DNA from: an uncultured Chloroflexia bacterium
GTDB lineage: Bacteria > Chloroflexota > Dehalococcoidia > UBA2979
DNA length: 64,000 nt
Assembly (NCBI GenBank): GCA_963728205.1
Contig: CAVSIV010000001.1
Span: 1,120,001 to 1,184,000 of the forward strand
Reading direction: 5' to 3'
In this document: one piece after another, positions 29,337 through 40,194 of the stretch
How the letters are laid out: every line of letters starts with the position of its first letter
Numbering within the stretch: position 1 is the first letter of the stretch
Position numbers and translations under genes: made by a program
The notes under the pieces: model-generated
What the model was told of the DNA's origin: nothing
Database searches by the model: none
The model's input: only the letters and a program-made list of their open reading frames with translations

Positions 29337-31141
29337 GGCGCCGCCTCCTCAGCCTGGCCGGCGAGGTACTGGGGGTCGGACCGGCAGTAGCCGTCCTCGA
29401 GTTCGCTCGCCTCCACCGAGAGGGCGATGTGGTTCCCCTTCGCGAGGAACAGCGCTTCGCCGCGCCGGCACGAGAGCAAGAACTCCCGCTCGCCCGCGGA
29501 CAGCCCGAACGTCTCCGCGACGATCCCGATGGTCGAACTGTCCTGGCGCAGAAGGAGCTGCACGGAGCTGTTCGCGAGGACGGTGTGACCCTCCGGCGAG
29601 TGCAGGAAGTCCTCGACGTCCTGCGTCACGGTCGTGAGGCCGAGCCAGCGCTTGCGCGCCTGCCGGGCCAGCTGCGCGAGGAAGCGGGCGCCCTCGCGGT
29701 AGCGCATGAGCGACCACGCCTCGTCGATCAGCAGCACGCGCGGTCGCGGTCGCGCGCGCACCTCGCGCCAGACGTGGTCGGCGATCAGGTACATGGCGAG
29801 CGGCCGCAGCTCCTCCTCGAGCTCGCGCACGTTGAAGACGACGAACGGGCGGTCGAGCCGGGCCGTCGTGCGCTCCGAGAACACGCGCCCGAGGCTGCCG
29901 TCGACGTAGCGCGCGAGCCGGTCCGCCAGGCCGTGCGGCTCCCCCGACTCGCGCAGCACCGTGAGCAGGTCGCGCAGCACGGGGGCCGGCCGGTCGTGCG
30001 TCGCCGGGTCCTCGGTGATGCCGGCGCGCCGGTACGCGAGATAGAGCGCGGCGTCGAGCACGCCCTGCTCGCGGCGGTCCAGGCTCTGCCCCGGTTCCGC
30101 GAGCATCAGCGTCAGCAGGCCCTGCAGCGCGAGCACGCGCTCACCGAGCGGATCGCGCGCACCGTCGGGCCCGCCGGCCGGCAGGTCGAACGGGTTGATG
30201 CGCTGCGGCGAGGTGCCGGAGAGGCGGATGATCTGGCCGCCGACGGCGTCGCAGATCCGCCCGTACTCATCCTCGGGGTCGATCACCAGGTACTCGATGC
30301 CCCGCAAGAGCGCGCGCAGCGCCTCGACCTTGCAGGCGTAGGACTTGCCGGCGCCCGACTTCGCGAAGACGACCTTGTTGGCGTTCTCCTGGTCCTGCCC
30401 GAAGGGGTCGAAGACGACCAGCGAGCGGTTGTGGACGTTGGTGCCGTAGAGGATCCCGCGCTCGACCGCGAGCTGGCTCGAGGCGAAGGGGATCATCGTC
30501 GCGAGGCTCGAGGTGTCGAGGTTGCGCCGGCGGCCGAGATGGTCCTGGCCGGCGGGCAGGCAGGACAGGAGGCCCGGCATCATCTCGAAGAGCGCCGGTC
30601 GGGCGCCGGCCATCAACCCGCCGAGAGCGCCGGTGACACGCGCCGTGGCACGGTCCAGCTCCGAGGCGGTGCGCGCAGCCACGCGCAGGTAGAGGCTCGT
30701 CGAGAAGACGCGCTCGTCTCCGCGCTCGAGCGCCTCGCGCAGCCGCTCGACGTCCTCGTAGGCCACCTCGCGCTCGACGGAGGCGATGCGCCCGCCGCGC
30801 GCGTCGAGCAGGCGCGAAGACTGCAGCTCGACGAGGCGGCGGGTGAGCGCGCGGATCACCTCCTGCGAGTCGAGCGGATCGAGATGCAGGCTGAGGTCGA
30901 GCGGCTCCTCGAAGTCGACCAGGCGTCCGAGCCAGTTCGGGCTCACGTGTCGCGGGTAGTCGGTGAGGGCGAGCACGCGCGAGGGCTGCCCGTCGACCGC
31001 GACCTGCGTCCGCGTCTCCTCGATCGCCGCCGGCGCGACGAGGTCGGCGGCGGAGCGCTCGCCCGGGGCGAAGCGGTCATAGCCGCGGGAGCGGTGCGGT
31101 GCAGCCGGTGCCCGGCGATGGCGATGCAGCGGGCTACGCAC
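29333..31141 (-). CDS. VirB4-like conjugation ATPase
   Basis: AKSGAGKS, IDPEDEY, INPFD, LIDEAW, ARKRW, TQDVEDF. Confidence 0.9.
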   Translation of the reverse strand: MRSPLHRHRRAPAAPHRSRGYDRFAPGERSAADLVAPAAIEETRTQVAVDGQPSRVLALTDYPRHVSPNWLGRLVDFEEPLDLSLHLDPLDSQEVIRALTRRLVELQSSRLLDARGGRIASVEREVAYEDVERLREALERGDERVFSTSLYLRVAARTASELDRATARVTGALGGLMAGARPALFEMMPGLLSCLPAGQDHLGRRRNLDTSSLATMIPFASSQLAVERGILYGTNVHNRSLVVFDPFGQDQENANKVVFAKSGAGKSYACKVEALRALLRGIEYLVIDPEDEYGRICDAVGGQIIRLSGTSPQRINPFDLPAGGPDGARDPLGERVLALQGLLTLMLAEPGQSLDRREQGVLDAALYLAYRRAGITEDPATHDRPAPVLRDLLTVLRESGEPHGLADRLARYVDGSLGRVFSERTTARLDRPFVVFNVRELEEELRPLAMYLIADHVWREVRARPRPRVLLIDEAWSLMRYREGARFLAQLARQARKRWLGLTTVTQDVEDFLHSPEGHTVLANSSVQLLLRQDSSTIGIVAETFGLSAGEREFLLSCRRGEALFLAKGNHIALSVEASELEDGYCRSDPQYLAGQAEEAAP

Positions 31142-31817
31142 GGCCGGCCTCCAGCGCGCGCCGGGGGCTCAGCACGACGGCGCCGGCCGACGGGCGCTCC
31201 ACGTGCGTGGGGACGGAGGCGGCGCCGAGCGCGTCGCGCCACAGCGTGATGAGCGCGTTGGCGTCGAGCCGCTCCGTCGAGACCCCGAAGGCCACGAGCG
31301 CCTGCGCCACCTCGTTGCAGCGGAACGCCAGCCGGCGGCGCGCGGCGACGAGATCGCTCTGCGCGTGCCGGGCGCTCCGGCGCCGCCAGGGGAGCGGGGT
31401 CCCGCGGCGCTCCGCCCCGGTGTCGGCGCCGGCCGGCACGATCACGTAGAAGCGGCGATCGAGGAGCGTGCGCTCGCGCGCGATCCGCCGCACGAACGTC
31501 CGATGGTCCCGTGCCAGCGACGCGAGCGCCTCGTTCTCGGTCGGCCCCGCAAGGCCGTCGAGGTAGGCCTCGACGTCGGTCGGCACCACGCGCACGAGCA
31601 CCTGCAGCGGGTACGTGAGCGCGTTGAGGAAGCGGCGGTAGCCGGCGACGATCGCCTCCTGCTCGGCTTCTGCCTTGAGCGCGAAGTTGACGCTGCCGGC
31701 GCGGAGCACGGCGCGGTAGTCGCCGCCGCGCAGGCGCACGACGTCGCCTTCAATCTCGTCGAGCGGCAGCAACTCCTGCGCGCTCGCCGGTCGCCGTCGG
31801 CTATTGCGTGGATGCAT
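31134..31817 (-). CDS. VirB4/PrgI-associated conjugation protein
   Basis: DYRAVL...SVNFALK...EQEAI..Y..FLNAL..PLQV; RRFYVIVP. Confidence 0.7.
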   Translation of the reverse strand: MHPRNSRRRPASAQELLPLDEIEGDVVRLRGGDYRAVLRAGSVNFALKAEAEQEAIVAGYRRFLNALTYPLQVLVRVVPTDVEAYLDGLAGPTENEALASLARDHRTFVRRIARERTLLDRRFYVIVPAGADTGAERRGTPLPWRRRSARHAQSDLVAARRRLAFRCNEVAQALVAFGVSTERLDANALITLWRDALGAASVPTHVERPSAGAVVLSPRRALEAGRA

Positions 31818-32202
31818 CTGTATCTCCTTTCGCCGCGTGCCCGGAGTCAGCGGTCGACCGAATCGGCTCCCGCAGCACGACCTCCTGCGGTTCATGCGTC
31901 AGGCCGCGCACGTCGCGCGGCCGCCACACGGCGACACGCGGCATCGCGAAGTAGCGCAGCAGCACGAACGCCCAGTCCTCGAGGGGGCGCCCGGCGGGCT
32001 GCCAGAGCACGAGCACCGCCGTGGCGACGGTCGCGAGCGCGGCGGCCACGAGCCGCGCGCCGAGCGGCAGCGGCAGGTTGCTCACCGCGCTGTAGGCGAG
32101 CGTCAGGCCGACCGCGGCGGAGAGGAGCTGCCGCATCGTGAGGCCGGCGAAGGCGCGGTCGGCGACGTTGAGATGGGTGGGGATCTCGTGGCGGCCGCTC
32201 AC
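31801..32202 (-). CDS. PrgI-family (VirB3-like) protein
   Basis: HEIPTHLNVADRAFAGLTMRQ, two TMs, GRPLEDW. Confidence 0.8.
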   Translation of the reverse strand: MSGRHEIPTHLNVADRAFAGLTMRQLLSAAVGLTLAYSAVSNLPLPLGARLVAAALATVATAVLVLWQPAGRPLEDWAFVLLRYFAMPRVAVWRPRDVRGLTHEPQEVVLREPIRSTADSGHAAKGDTDASTQ

Positions 32203-32429
32203 GTGATCGCCCCCTTCACGACGCCGGCGATCGCGCGCGCGAGCAGCACGATCACGAGTCCGGTGAGCGCGTTGACGATCGCGGACTTCGCCGACTCCGC
32301 CTGGCGCGGCGAGCCCGACGCCGCCATGTACATGAAGGCGCCCCACATCACGAAGAAGGCCGAGACCGCCACCGCGATGCCGGTGCCGATGTCGATCAGG
32401 TTCGTGAAGAGCGTGTTGATCTGGTCCAT
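32199..32429 (-). CDS. TrbC/VirB2-like pilin
   Basis: 76 aa, two hydrophobic helices, WGAFMYM..SG.P...ESAK.AI.NAL.GL. Confidence 0.75.
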   Translation of the reverse strand: MDQINTLFTNLIDIGTGIAVAVSAFFVMWGAFMYMAASGSPRQAESAKSAIVNALTGLVIVLLARAIAGVVKGAIT

Positions 32430-32441
32430 CTGGTTCTCCGA

Positions 32442-32966
32442 TCAGCGGCCGCCGGATGCGGCCACGGCAGGTTGCTGTCCCAGCAGCTGGAAGTCGGCGA
32501 CGAGCCAGCGCCCATCCGTGCGAACGAGCCCGAGGCTCACGTCCTGCGTCACTTGCTGGTGGACGAGCGCGCCGGACGCCGGGTCGCGCCACTCCCGGTC
32601 CTGGGTGGAGCGCACGGTTGCCGCCGCGTTGCCTCCCGACAGCGCGGTGACCGTGACCGACTCGACGCGCGAGGAGCTCGTGCGCTCGGCGGCGATGGCG
32701 GCGGGATCGACCGCGGCTTTCGCGACGGCGTGCTGGAGGTCGCCGGTGCTCAGGTCCGCGAGCCGCGCCGCGTACGCGCCGGCGTCCCGGAAGTCGAAGT
32801 TGCCGTACGCGGCGACGAAGGAGCGGGCCGCGGCCTCGACGGCTGCACGGTCGTCCCGGCGCGCGGCGAGCCCCGACGCGCCGCTCCAGCCCGACGCGGC
32901 CGCGATCGCGAGCAGCACCGCCGCGATCGCGAGCAGCGCGTACGCGGCGCCTCGCCCGCGGATCAC
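32442..32966 (-). CDS. Bitopic NTF2-like (VirB8-like) protein
   Basis: N-terminal TM; AARSFV.AY..FD; LVRTDGRWLV. Confidence 0.55.
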   Translation of the reverse strand: MIRGRGAAYALLAIAAVLLAIAAASGWSGASGLAARRDDRAAVEAAARSFVAAYGNFDFRDAGAYAARLADLSTGDLQHAVAKAAVDPAAIAAERTSSSRVESVTVTALSGGNAAATVRSTQDREWRDPASGALVHQQVTQDVSLGLVRTDGRWLVADFQLLGQQPAVAASGGR

Positions 32967-33555
32967 GGGGCCACCGCCACGGGCGACGGCCGGGAGGACC
33001 CGGCCACGGGCGTCGGCGTCGCGCCGGCGCCCGCGTACAGGCTCGCGCGTGCCAGCACGGTGCGCGACGTACGACCACGAGTGGTTGTAGGCGTAGACCG
33101 CGCCGGGGAGGTCGGTCGCCGCGCCCGCCGCGGCGAGCAGCCGCGCCATCGCCGGGATCGCGTCGCGGAAGTCGTACGGATCGCCGCCCCGTCCAAACAG
33201 CGCCCACGTCGACGGCAGGAACTGCCCGTAGCCGACGGCGCCTGCCGACGAGGTCGCCATGTTGGCGCCAAAGCCGCTCTCCACCGAGGCAATCGCCGCG
33301 AGCACCGGCCACGGGACGCCGGTCTCTGCGCTCGCGTCTTGCATCACCGCGAGCTGCGCGGACGGGATCGCGGGCGCCGACGTCGCGTGCGCGCCCGGGA
33401 TGCCGGGGATCAGCGACGCGACGAACGCGGCGATCGCGATCACGACCAGCAGCACGGGGACGAGCACGACCCCGGCCAGGGCGCCGGACGAGGCGGAGCC
33501 CCGCGCGCGGCAGGTCCCCGAGGACAGATGCGGCGACGAGCGTGGCCTGCAGCAT
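32963..33555 (-). CDS. Lytic transglycosylase (VirB1-like), frameshifted
   Basis: VPWPVLAAIASVES, SSAGAVGYGQFLPSTW, AVYAYNHS. Confidence 0.8.
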
Positions 33556-33557
33556 CG

Positions 33558-34732
33558 TCACGCTCCCCCCGCGCCCGCGGCGCCTGCGCCGCCGGAGCCC
33601 AGCCCACCGACGAAGCGGCTGAGGACCACGAGCGAGACGACGTTGCGCGAGGCCCGCGTGGCGCACCTGCCCGTGCAGGAGCGTGGGCACCTTGAGCGTC
33701 AGCCACGCGACGGCCATCCCCAGCATCAGCGTGAGCAGCGCGTTCGAGACGCTGCCGGGCGTGAGCTCGACCATCAGCGCGGCGCCGAGGCGCAGCACGG
33801 CCACCTGCACCGCCTGCTGGAAGACCGTGATCCCGAAGAGGTGCGCCCACCAGCGCGTCCACCCCTGGGTCTGGGGCAGCACCCAGAGCAGCACCATCAC
33901 GGGCGACAGCACGATCAGCACGTCCAGCAGCGCGAGCCGCATCAGCATCTGGAACACGAGCAGCAGCGCGACCACGACGTAGGCGATCGCGACGATCACG
34001 AGCGCGATCCCCTGCTGCTCGACGCCGGCCTGGTCGTAGCCGGGCAGCCCGACCTGCCCGACGCCGCCGGCGAAGGCGTTGTTCATGTCGATGAGGACGT
34101 GCGCGAGCTCGAGCGTGAGGTTGACGGCGAGCGCGGCGAGCAGCACGCGCGGCAGCAGCTCCATCACGCCGTGGTAGGGAGCGCGGATGTGGTCCTTCAC
34201 GACGACGTTGAAGCCGCCCCACATCACGACCAGCGCGAGGCCGGCGTTCGCGAGGGCGCGGCCGAAGTCCCAGAGCGTGCGGACGGTGCTGCTCTCGTAG
34301 GTGCCCGCGGCCGGCGTCCGCGTGACGAAGTTGAGCGACGAGCCGCCGAGGCCCATCGCCCAGTCGATGAAGCCGCGCATCGCCCCGCAGCAGCGCGCGC
34401 CCCAGCGCCGTGACGACGCCGTCGAGGATATCGCCCGCCCACTGGCGAGGATCGAGTCCGCTCAGCAGGCCGCCCGGGTTGGGCATGTTCGGCCCGGCGG
34501 CAGGGGCGGTGTTCACCCGGCTGGCGGAGAAGGGGGTCGCCGTGGAAGCCGCTGCCGGCGTCGGCGCCGCGTTCGCGGCGACGCTCGGCCGCGTCGGAGC
34601 GACCAGGGGCGCGCCCGCGCCGATGAGGGCAGCGAGCGCGTCCGGTGCCTGCTGGGCGCGGGCGGGTGCGACGAACACGAACCAGCAGACGAGGGCGGCG
34701 CAGACGCCGAGCAGCGGACCTCGCACGACCAA
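33558..34732 (-). CDS. VirB6/TrbL-like polytopic membrane protein, frameshifted
   Basis: Signal peptide, multiple TMs, LLPR.LLA..AVN, R...L.VL..LSP...LPQT..W. Confidence 0.7.
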
Positions 34733-34789
34733 GTCCCTTCTGCACCGCGTCCGCCTCGCCGATGGGCGGGGATTCGCGGTGCGGGGACT

Positions 34790-34881
34790 AGCGTCGCGTC
34801 ATGAGGTCCAACTCAAGTCCAAGATCGCACCCAGATCGCACCAATCCATACCAAGATCAGTCCAAGATCGCACCAACGCGC
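34790..34881 (-). promoter_or_regulatory. 11-bp-phased direct-repeat array plus -10-like box for conjugation operon
   Basis: Seven units ~(A/T)CCAAGATCGC on + strand at 34807-34881; GAC-N10-GACGCT on coding strand. Confidence 0.7.
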
Positions 34882-35124
34882 TAGCTTCCGCGGGAGGCGC
34901 CTCACGGCACCAGGGCGGCGCGGATTCTCGATCCGTGTACGTTCGGCCGGACAAAGCAGGCGCAACGCCGCCACCCACCTGCTCGCCTCCGCTTTTGCGG
35001 CGGACGGCATCGCGCGTGTCCAGCGGTCAGCGCTTGGTGGGACAGCGCTCGCTCGCCCGACATGCCGGATACTTACTCAATTGTGAGGTGATCAGTCAGC
35101 GTCAGGACCGGTTGGCTGCTAGGA

Positions 35125-36654
35125 TTAGATGATCCCCTCTTCGCGTGCCTTGGACATGGCCGCCACCTTCCCGGAAACGCCGAGCTTGTCGTACAGCCGA
35201 TATGCATGCGTCTGAACCGTCCTCCATCCAACGCCGAGGAGATCAGCGGTTTCCCGGTAGCTCAACCCCTCCGACAGATGCGTCAACACCTCCACCTCAC
35301 GAGGCGTCAGGTTGCGGCCATGGCCGGCTGCCCGCTCTAACGCCACGGAGCGTACTGCGGCATAGCTGTGCGGCAGGGGGTCGATGGCGCGAGCGGATAG
35401 CGCCTCGCGCCCGGCGCGACGCAGCAAGATCGCCTCGCGCTCGGAGCGCGCCGTCCCCGCGAGCGCCAGTATCTCGGATAGTTGAACGCGGGCGAGGGCA
35501 GCCTCCAGATTGTACCCGGCAGCATCTGACCAACGAATCGACCGCCGGAGCGAGGTAACCCCACCCCGCCGATCTCCGTTCCGAATCTGGAGCAGGCCGC
35601 GGACTCGATCAGCTGAAACCGGCCACTCCATCGTTGATCGCACGTGGCGCGGCAATGCAGACCGAAGCCACTGCTCCCAGCGAACCGCTTCCGCCTGGGT
35701 ACCCGCGATAGCGACCGCCTCGGCACCAGCGAGGGCCGAAGGGAGCGACATGAGCGTCAGCGCAGGGGGAGGGTGTGGGCAATCGGCTACTGACTCTTGG
35801 CGATAACCGTCAATGAGGGCGCTGAATGACTCAGCGTTGGTCGCGTCGCGGTTTGCACCCGCCTCAACTGAGCGCAAGTGCCCAACCAGTTCTCGCGCCT
35901 CCTCCCAGTGAGCACCCACCACCGCCCGTCGAATCGCAAGCAATAACTCCCGCCAGCGAGTCAGGTAGTTACGGGACGCGAGCCGAGCGTGGCCCCCCGA
36001 TGGGCAGTCATTGATGCTCTGGAGAGCGGAGTCAAATGCGCGAGCGTCGTCCAGACGCCACTGACTGCCTGACTGTTCTGCCTGGACTCGCAGGGACTGT
36101 GCCCACGGACGGGCCCGCAACTGATCCCCTCGCGCCACCAACCATGGGACGAACCAGCTCTTCAAACCGCTCGCGAGCCACTCGTACCCGCTCCGCTCCG
36201 CTAGTCGAATGGGTTCGACGAACAGGTCGAGGTCAGCATCCTCAAGCAAGAGGCACGCAACGGTCGCAGAGTAGATCTTGTACTCGACGTCGGCGCGAGC
36301 GCTGCTAGCCGGGCATAGGAGTGCTGCGGCCCCCTGCAACGATTGGCGAGCGCCCCCGGGATCCCCGCTAATTGCCTCGTACGCCGCCTTCACGCACAGC
36401 AGGTGCATCACCGTATCGGGGACATCGCCAGCCATCCCGAGGCCAAAATCGAGTTGCGCCACCGCTTCCGGGAAGCGACCCTCGGCGTCCAGTCGGACAG
36501 CGGCGAGCATCGCGAGTTCCGCAACCTGGTCCGGTCGCTGCGCGCCGTAGGCTTCCGCGAGCGCCTGCTCGTAGATAGCCCGCCACTCCGCGCTCGACAG
36601 AGCGCCGGCACGGCGAAACTGCTCCCGAACTCGATCGACCAAGCTGTGCATCAT
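35125..36654 (-). CDS. LuxR-family regulator with helical-repeat N-terminus
   Basis: C-terminal LTPREVEVL..LSEGLSY.E.A..L....TVQTH...LY.KLGV. Confidence 0.82.
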   Translation of the reverse strand: MMHSLVDRVREQFRRAGALSSAEWRAIYEQALAEAYGAQRPDQVAELAMLAAVRLDAEGRFPEAVAQLDFGLGMAGDVPDTVMHLLCVKAAYEAISGDPGGARQSLQGAAALLCPASSARADVEYKIYSATVACLLLEDADLDLFVEPIRLAERSGYEWLASGLKSWFVPWLVARGDQLRARPWAQSLRVQAEQSGSQWRLDDARAFDSALQSINDCPSGGHARLASRNYLTRWRELLLAIRRAVVGAHWEEARELVGHLRSVEAGANRDATNAESFSALIDGYRQESVADCPHPPPALTLMSLPSALAGAEAVAIAGTQAEAVRWEQWLRSALPRHVRSTMEWPVSADRVRGLLQIRNGDRRGGVTSLRRSIRWSDAAGYNLEAALARVQLSEILALAGTARSEREAILLRRAGREALSARAIDPLPHSYAAVRSVALERAAGHGRNLTPREVEVLTHLSEGLSYRETADLLGVGWRTVQTHAYRLYDKLGVSGKVAAMSKAREEGII

Positions 36655-36665
36655 CGCAGACCACC

Positions 36666-36689
36666 TGACTTACCCGGGATCGTAAGTCA
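36666..36689. promoter_or_regulatory. Palindromic operator TGACTTAC-N8-GTAAGTCA
   Basis: Perfect 8-bp inverted repeat between divergent luxR-like gene and 36768 ORF. Confidence 0.55.
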
Positions 36690-36767
36690 ATCGACTGACG
36701 ACGGGGGGCACGTACTTCGCCATGCTGCCAGATACAGCGCAGCGGGCGGTAGCGAGAGGGTGAAGCC

Positions 36768-37181
36768 ATGGTCGTCCCAGAGTGTCTGCTATTGACGGAG
36801 TTCATCACAGACGTCCTTCGGGAGGACGAGGCGCTGCGAGCGCGGTTGCGGGCAATGCTGACAGCGGGAGCCTCATCCGGCGAGTTGACTGAGGCGCTCG
36901 CCGGGCACGCGGATGAGGGAACGGCCGAGACTATCCGGCACGAGTACTACGAGCTCCCCGAGTCGACCGTGGCGACGATCCTGACGGCATGGATGGCTGC
37001 TGAGAACGCGGGGCGGCCCTTCGTCCTCCGGTCGTCACCACCAGCCGAGCCGATTGCGGCGGCGCGCAAGCGCCGCGTCGAGATCTCGATCGCGATGGAC
37101 GAGGATGGCGTGGTAGTGTCCCTGTCCCACGTCTGGGATCGGCACGCCGATTGCTATAAACCGGTGATGACAGCGGCGTGA
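36768..37181 (+). CDS. Hypothetical protein
   Basis: Protein-like ORF with GAGAGG RBS. Confidence 0.6.
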   Translation: MVVPECLLLTEFITDVLREDEALRARLRAMLTAGASSGELTEALAGHADEGTAETIRHEYYELPESTVATILTAWMAAENAGRPFVLRSSPPAEPIAAARKRRVEISIAMDEDGVVVSLSHVWDRHADCYKPVMTAA

Positions 37182-37254
37182 TTTGAGTCTAATGCCGCCG
37201 CAGCAGTTCTGGTGGCAGGACCTTGGAAGGGGCCGGTCAGGATGCGAGTGATCG

Positions 37255-37551
37255 ATGCCCACCGAGCCTTCGCGCGTAGTGCTACCAAGGATCACGATGC
37301 GCCGCGCAACTATCCTGCGGGACATCGCTGCCGGCTTGACGCTCCGCGAGATCGCGGAGACACAATCCCTCTCCTTCAATGGCGTGCGTAGCCACGTGGA
37401 GGATCTCAAGAACATCACGGGGTGCACATCTGTCCGGCAGCTAGGTCAGTGGTGGCGTGCGCACCGAGCTGAATGGATAAGACTAATGAACATGTGCGCC
37501 CGCGATTCGGAGCACGATCGTTTGATTCGAAGGAGGAGGCGGCTGCGTTAA
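37255..37551 (+). CDS. Small LuxR-type HTH protein
   Basis: ILRDIAAGLTLREIAE...S..GVRSHVE.LK. Confidence 0.7.
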   Translation: MPTEPSRVVLPRITMRRATILRDIAAGLTLREIAETQSLSFNGVRSHVEDLKNITGCTSVRQLGQWWRAHRAEWIRLMNMCARDSEHDRLIRRRRRLR

Positions 37552-37599
37552 GTGACAACGACCGGTCCAATCATCCGCGACTATCCGCCAACTGATCAC

Positions 37600-37870
37600 G
37601 ACTGAAGCAATTGATGATGACCTTCAACCCCTCGGCTTGGTTCGCTGCATGACTTGCACGTCTCGGAGAACCCTACGCCCGCGCGTCGCTTACACCAGCT
37701 TCCGGACCGCGACCTAGTGCGACGTCCCGGTGAGCGGACAGTTGAACTCTGCGATCCGGATCTGTAACGCAAGCGCGGACAGCACGGGGGCGCGGCGTCT
37801 CGCTCCGGATCCCCCGATTGGCGCAAGCGAACAGCGCCCGCCTTTCGTCGACGGTGAGGAGGGCCACGAC
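37600..37870 (-). pseudogene. Possible decayed tyrosine recombinase fragment
   Basis: Across frames LTVDE...LF, RD.A, IRIAE-like box I pattern; very degraded. Confidence 0.25.
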
Positions 37871-37919
37871 ACCGTCCCTGTACTCTGTCTTCCTTCGAGG
37901 GACCGCAATCTGAGGGTGG

Positions 37920-38900
37920 TTACTTATGGTGATCACGGCGTCGTTGACGGCGATGGCGGTGCGAGACGAGCTCGTAAAGAGGTCCTCGGCCTGGGTCACG
38001 GTGTGCTCATGCGCATGCCGAAGTCGTCGCGGATGAGCAGCTCGGGCGAGAGGTGGCCACGCAGCCTGGGCTGCCAGCTGTGTGGTCGGCGCGGCCACCG
38101 GCGAGATCGACGAGCAGCGCCTGGGCTGGTGAAGAGCCGACCCTAACGGCAGGCCGCCACGCCGAGGGCCTGCGCGAAGAAGGTCTTCCCGACGCCGGTG
38201 GGCCCGCAAACCAGCACGCTGGGGTGCTCTTCGAGGTAGCGGCGAGCGGCGAGTTGCCAGAGTTCGGCCTTCGGGATCTCCGGGTTGTAGCTGAAGTCGA
38301 AGTCGCGCAGGTCGTACGCCTCGTCGAAGCGCGCCCGGCGGATGCGGCTCGCCATCCCGGCGGCCTCGCGGCGCCTGAGCTCGTCGTCGAGCAGCAACTC
38401 GAGGAACTCCACCGGGTCGAGGCCGCGCGCGCGTCTCCTCCACCCGCGCGGTGTTTCGCCTCCGGCATCCCGGATAGCTGCGAGCCGCAGGCGTGGCGCC
38501 AGCGCCCGACACCGCTCATCGCGCACCTGCCGTCGCGAAGGCGGCCGGTCCGCGGAGGTAGGCATCGGCGGCGTCCGGACCTGGAGGCTGGTCGGGCGGC
38601 TCCGCGAGCCCGCGCTCGAGCAGGCCCCGCACCGTGCGGAGCCGCCCGTCGCCCGGCATCCAGCGCCGGCCGGTAAGCCTGCTCCAGCCCCTCCTCGCCG
38701 TCCCAACGATCAGGCGCAGCACCTACCTGCACCTCGCGGAGGTGGTGCAGGGCGTGCGTCTCGAGCACCGCGCCGACCAGCTCCCGGTCGCGGTCTCGAC
38801 CACACGGGCGCGACGCAGGCAGGCCCGCGGGGTGGCTCAGGTCTTCTATACTCGCCGCCGTCTGCACAGGGGCCCGATCTTCTTCAAACGCGACAACGCG
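37920..38900 (-). pseudogene. IS21-family relic (istA 3' part and istB), multiply frameshifted
   Basis: IstB: LRL, EFLELLLDDE, DFDFSYNP, GPTGVGKT, LLI.DDFGMR; IstA C-terminal LEQA..AL..GD...RTV.GLLE. Confidence 0.8.
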
Positions 38901-39171
38901 ACGGCCGATTGAACCGAAGCAACTCGACCTTCTCCAGACTCAGAGCGAACTACCGAACGCCGCGGCGCTGGCCGCTGCGGAAGGCCGGCTGACCCACCGA
39001 TGCCCCCCGAACCTGCTCCGCCACGTCCCCCTGCAAATCGGGACGCGGCTCTCGACGAAGACCAGATCGTGCGTGAAGAACCGGCGATGGACCTCACCTT
39101 TCGCGCGAGCCCGACCCACGCCCGACTCTGGCTAGCAAACCGTCTTCGGGCCCGCGCCGCCTGTCGCGCGG

Positions 39172-40110
39172 CTATCTAAAAGTCCGTCCTGACCGCTCAC
39201 CAGGGCGGTGAAGCATGGCGGACCGCCCGAGCAACAGAAGCGCGAGCGCAACGACGCCCAGCAGCGCTCCTCCCGCCAAGCTCGCGCGGCCTTCGTCTAC
39301 TAGGCCAGCATTCCCTGTGGGTGCGGGAGTGGGAGCGGGTACGGAAGTCACGGTGAACTCGACAGGCGCTCCGACGGGAGCGGCATCCGGCTGCGCGGCG
39401 CGCCTCACAGACAGTTCGAAGTGGGCACCGGAGTCGCAGGTGTCAGCAAGCGACGCACGAGGAATCTCATACTTCAAGGCACCATCGGGCGGAACGGCAA
39501 GCCCCGCCGAGATGAACTGGCCGGCGTCGGGTTGGTCGATTCGGCGAAGGAAGAAGCGCACCTCCAGCCCGGACGGAAAGCCACGAGTAGTCGCTGCGAA
39601 TGACGCGGTACACGGTGCCTGCATTGGGCTAAGGAACAGTTCGGCAATAGGAGTGCAGGATCCCTGTGGTTCGATCTTGCGGTCCGCTAGAAGAGAACAA
39701 ACCGACGGCGGGTAGAGTTGATCGCTCGGCACTACCTGGTACCCAGCGAATGCAATCGTACGGCCTGGCTGAAAGGCCGGATGGAACGGGCGAAGTACGC
39801 CGCGAAAGTCGACGAATGTCAAACTGGCGCCAGCCTCGTGACACACATCCGGTTGGCTTGCCTGGCCGACTTGGATCTCACTGTAACGAGTCAAATCTAT
39901 CTCTGTGCAAAATGTGTCATTAGCGAAGATGAATACGCCTCCTCCAAGAACGGACCCGGCGTCGCCACTTACAAGCGGGAACCCAACCTCTGCCGGTGGA
40001 GGGAACGTGATCGTCGCCCGTTGCTCGGCAGGGGCTTGACCCACAGCCGCAGTAGTGGTGAGAACCAAACAAACTGTGACTAAGGCAATCGCAAGTCCGC
40101 CACGCAGCAC
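39172..40110 (-). CDS. Secreted surface protein with sortase-like C-terminal sorting signal
   Basis: Signal peptide; PAPTGNAG + TM + basic tail. Confidence 0.65.
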   Translation of the reverse strand: MLRGGLAIALVTVCLVLTTTAAVGQAPAEQRATITFPPPAEVGFPLVSGDAGSVLGGGVFIFANDTFCTEIDLTRYSEIQVGQASQPDVCHEAGASLTFVDFRGVLRPFHPAFQPGRTIAFAGYQVVPSDQLYPPSVCSLLADRKIEPQGSCTPIAELFLSPMQAPCTASFAATTRGFPSGLEVRFFLRRIDQPDAGQFISAGLAVPPDGALKYEIPRASLADTCDSGAHFELSVRRAAQPDAAPVGAPVEFTVTSVPAPTPAPTGNAGLVDEGRASLAGGALLGVVALALLLLGRSAMLHRPGERSGRTFR

Positions 40111-40194
40111 TGGTTCCCCGCTCTCACCTTCACCCGCTGAAAGAGCAGACGCGGGCTAGCAAGACGCCCCCGCCCGCCTCCGAAGAAATTGGCT

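Noticed and set aside
31801-34380. 859-aa VirB6-PrgI fusion
   Set aside because: Chimera made by frameshifts; the middle reads off-frame through three separate genes
34807-34881. Repeat arrays as CRISPR
   Set aside because: Units are ~11 bp and contiguous with no unique spacers; no cas genes in the window
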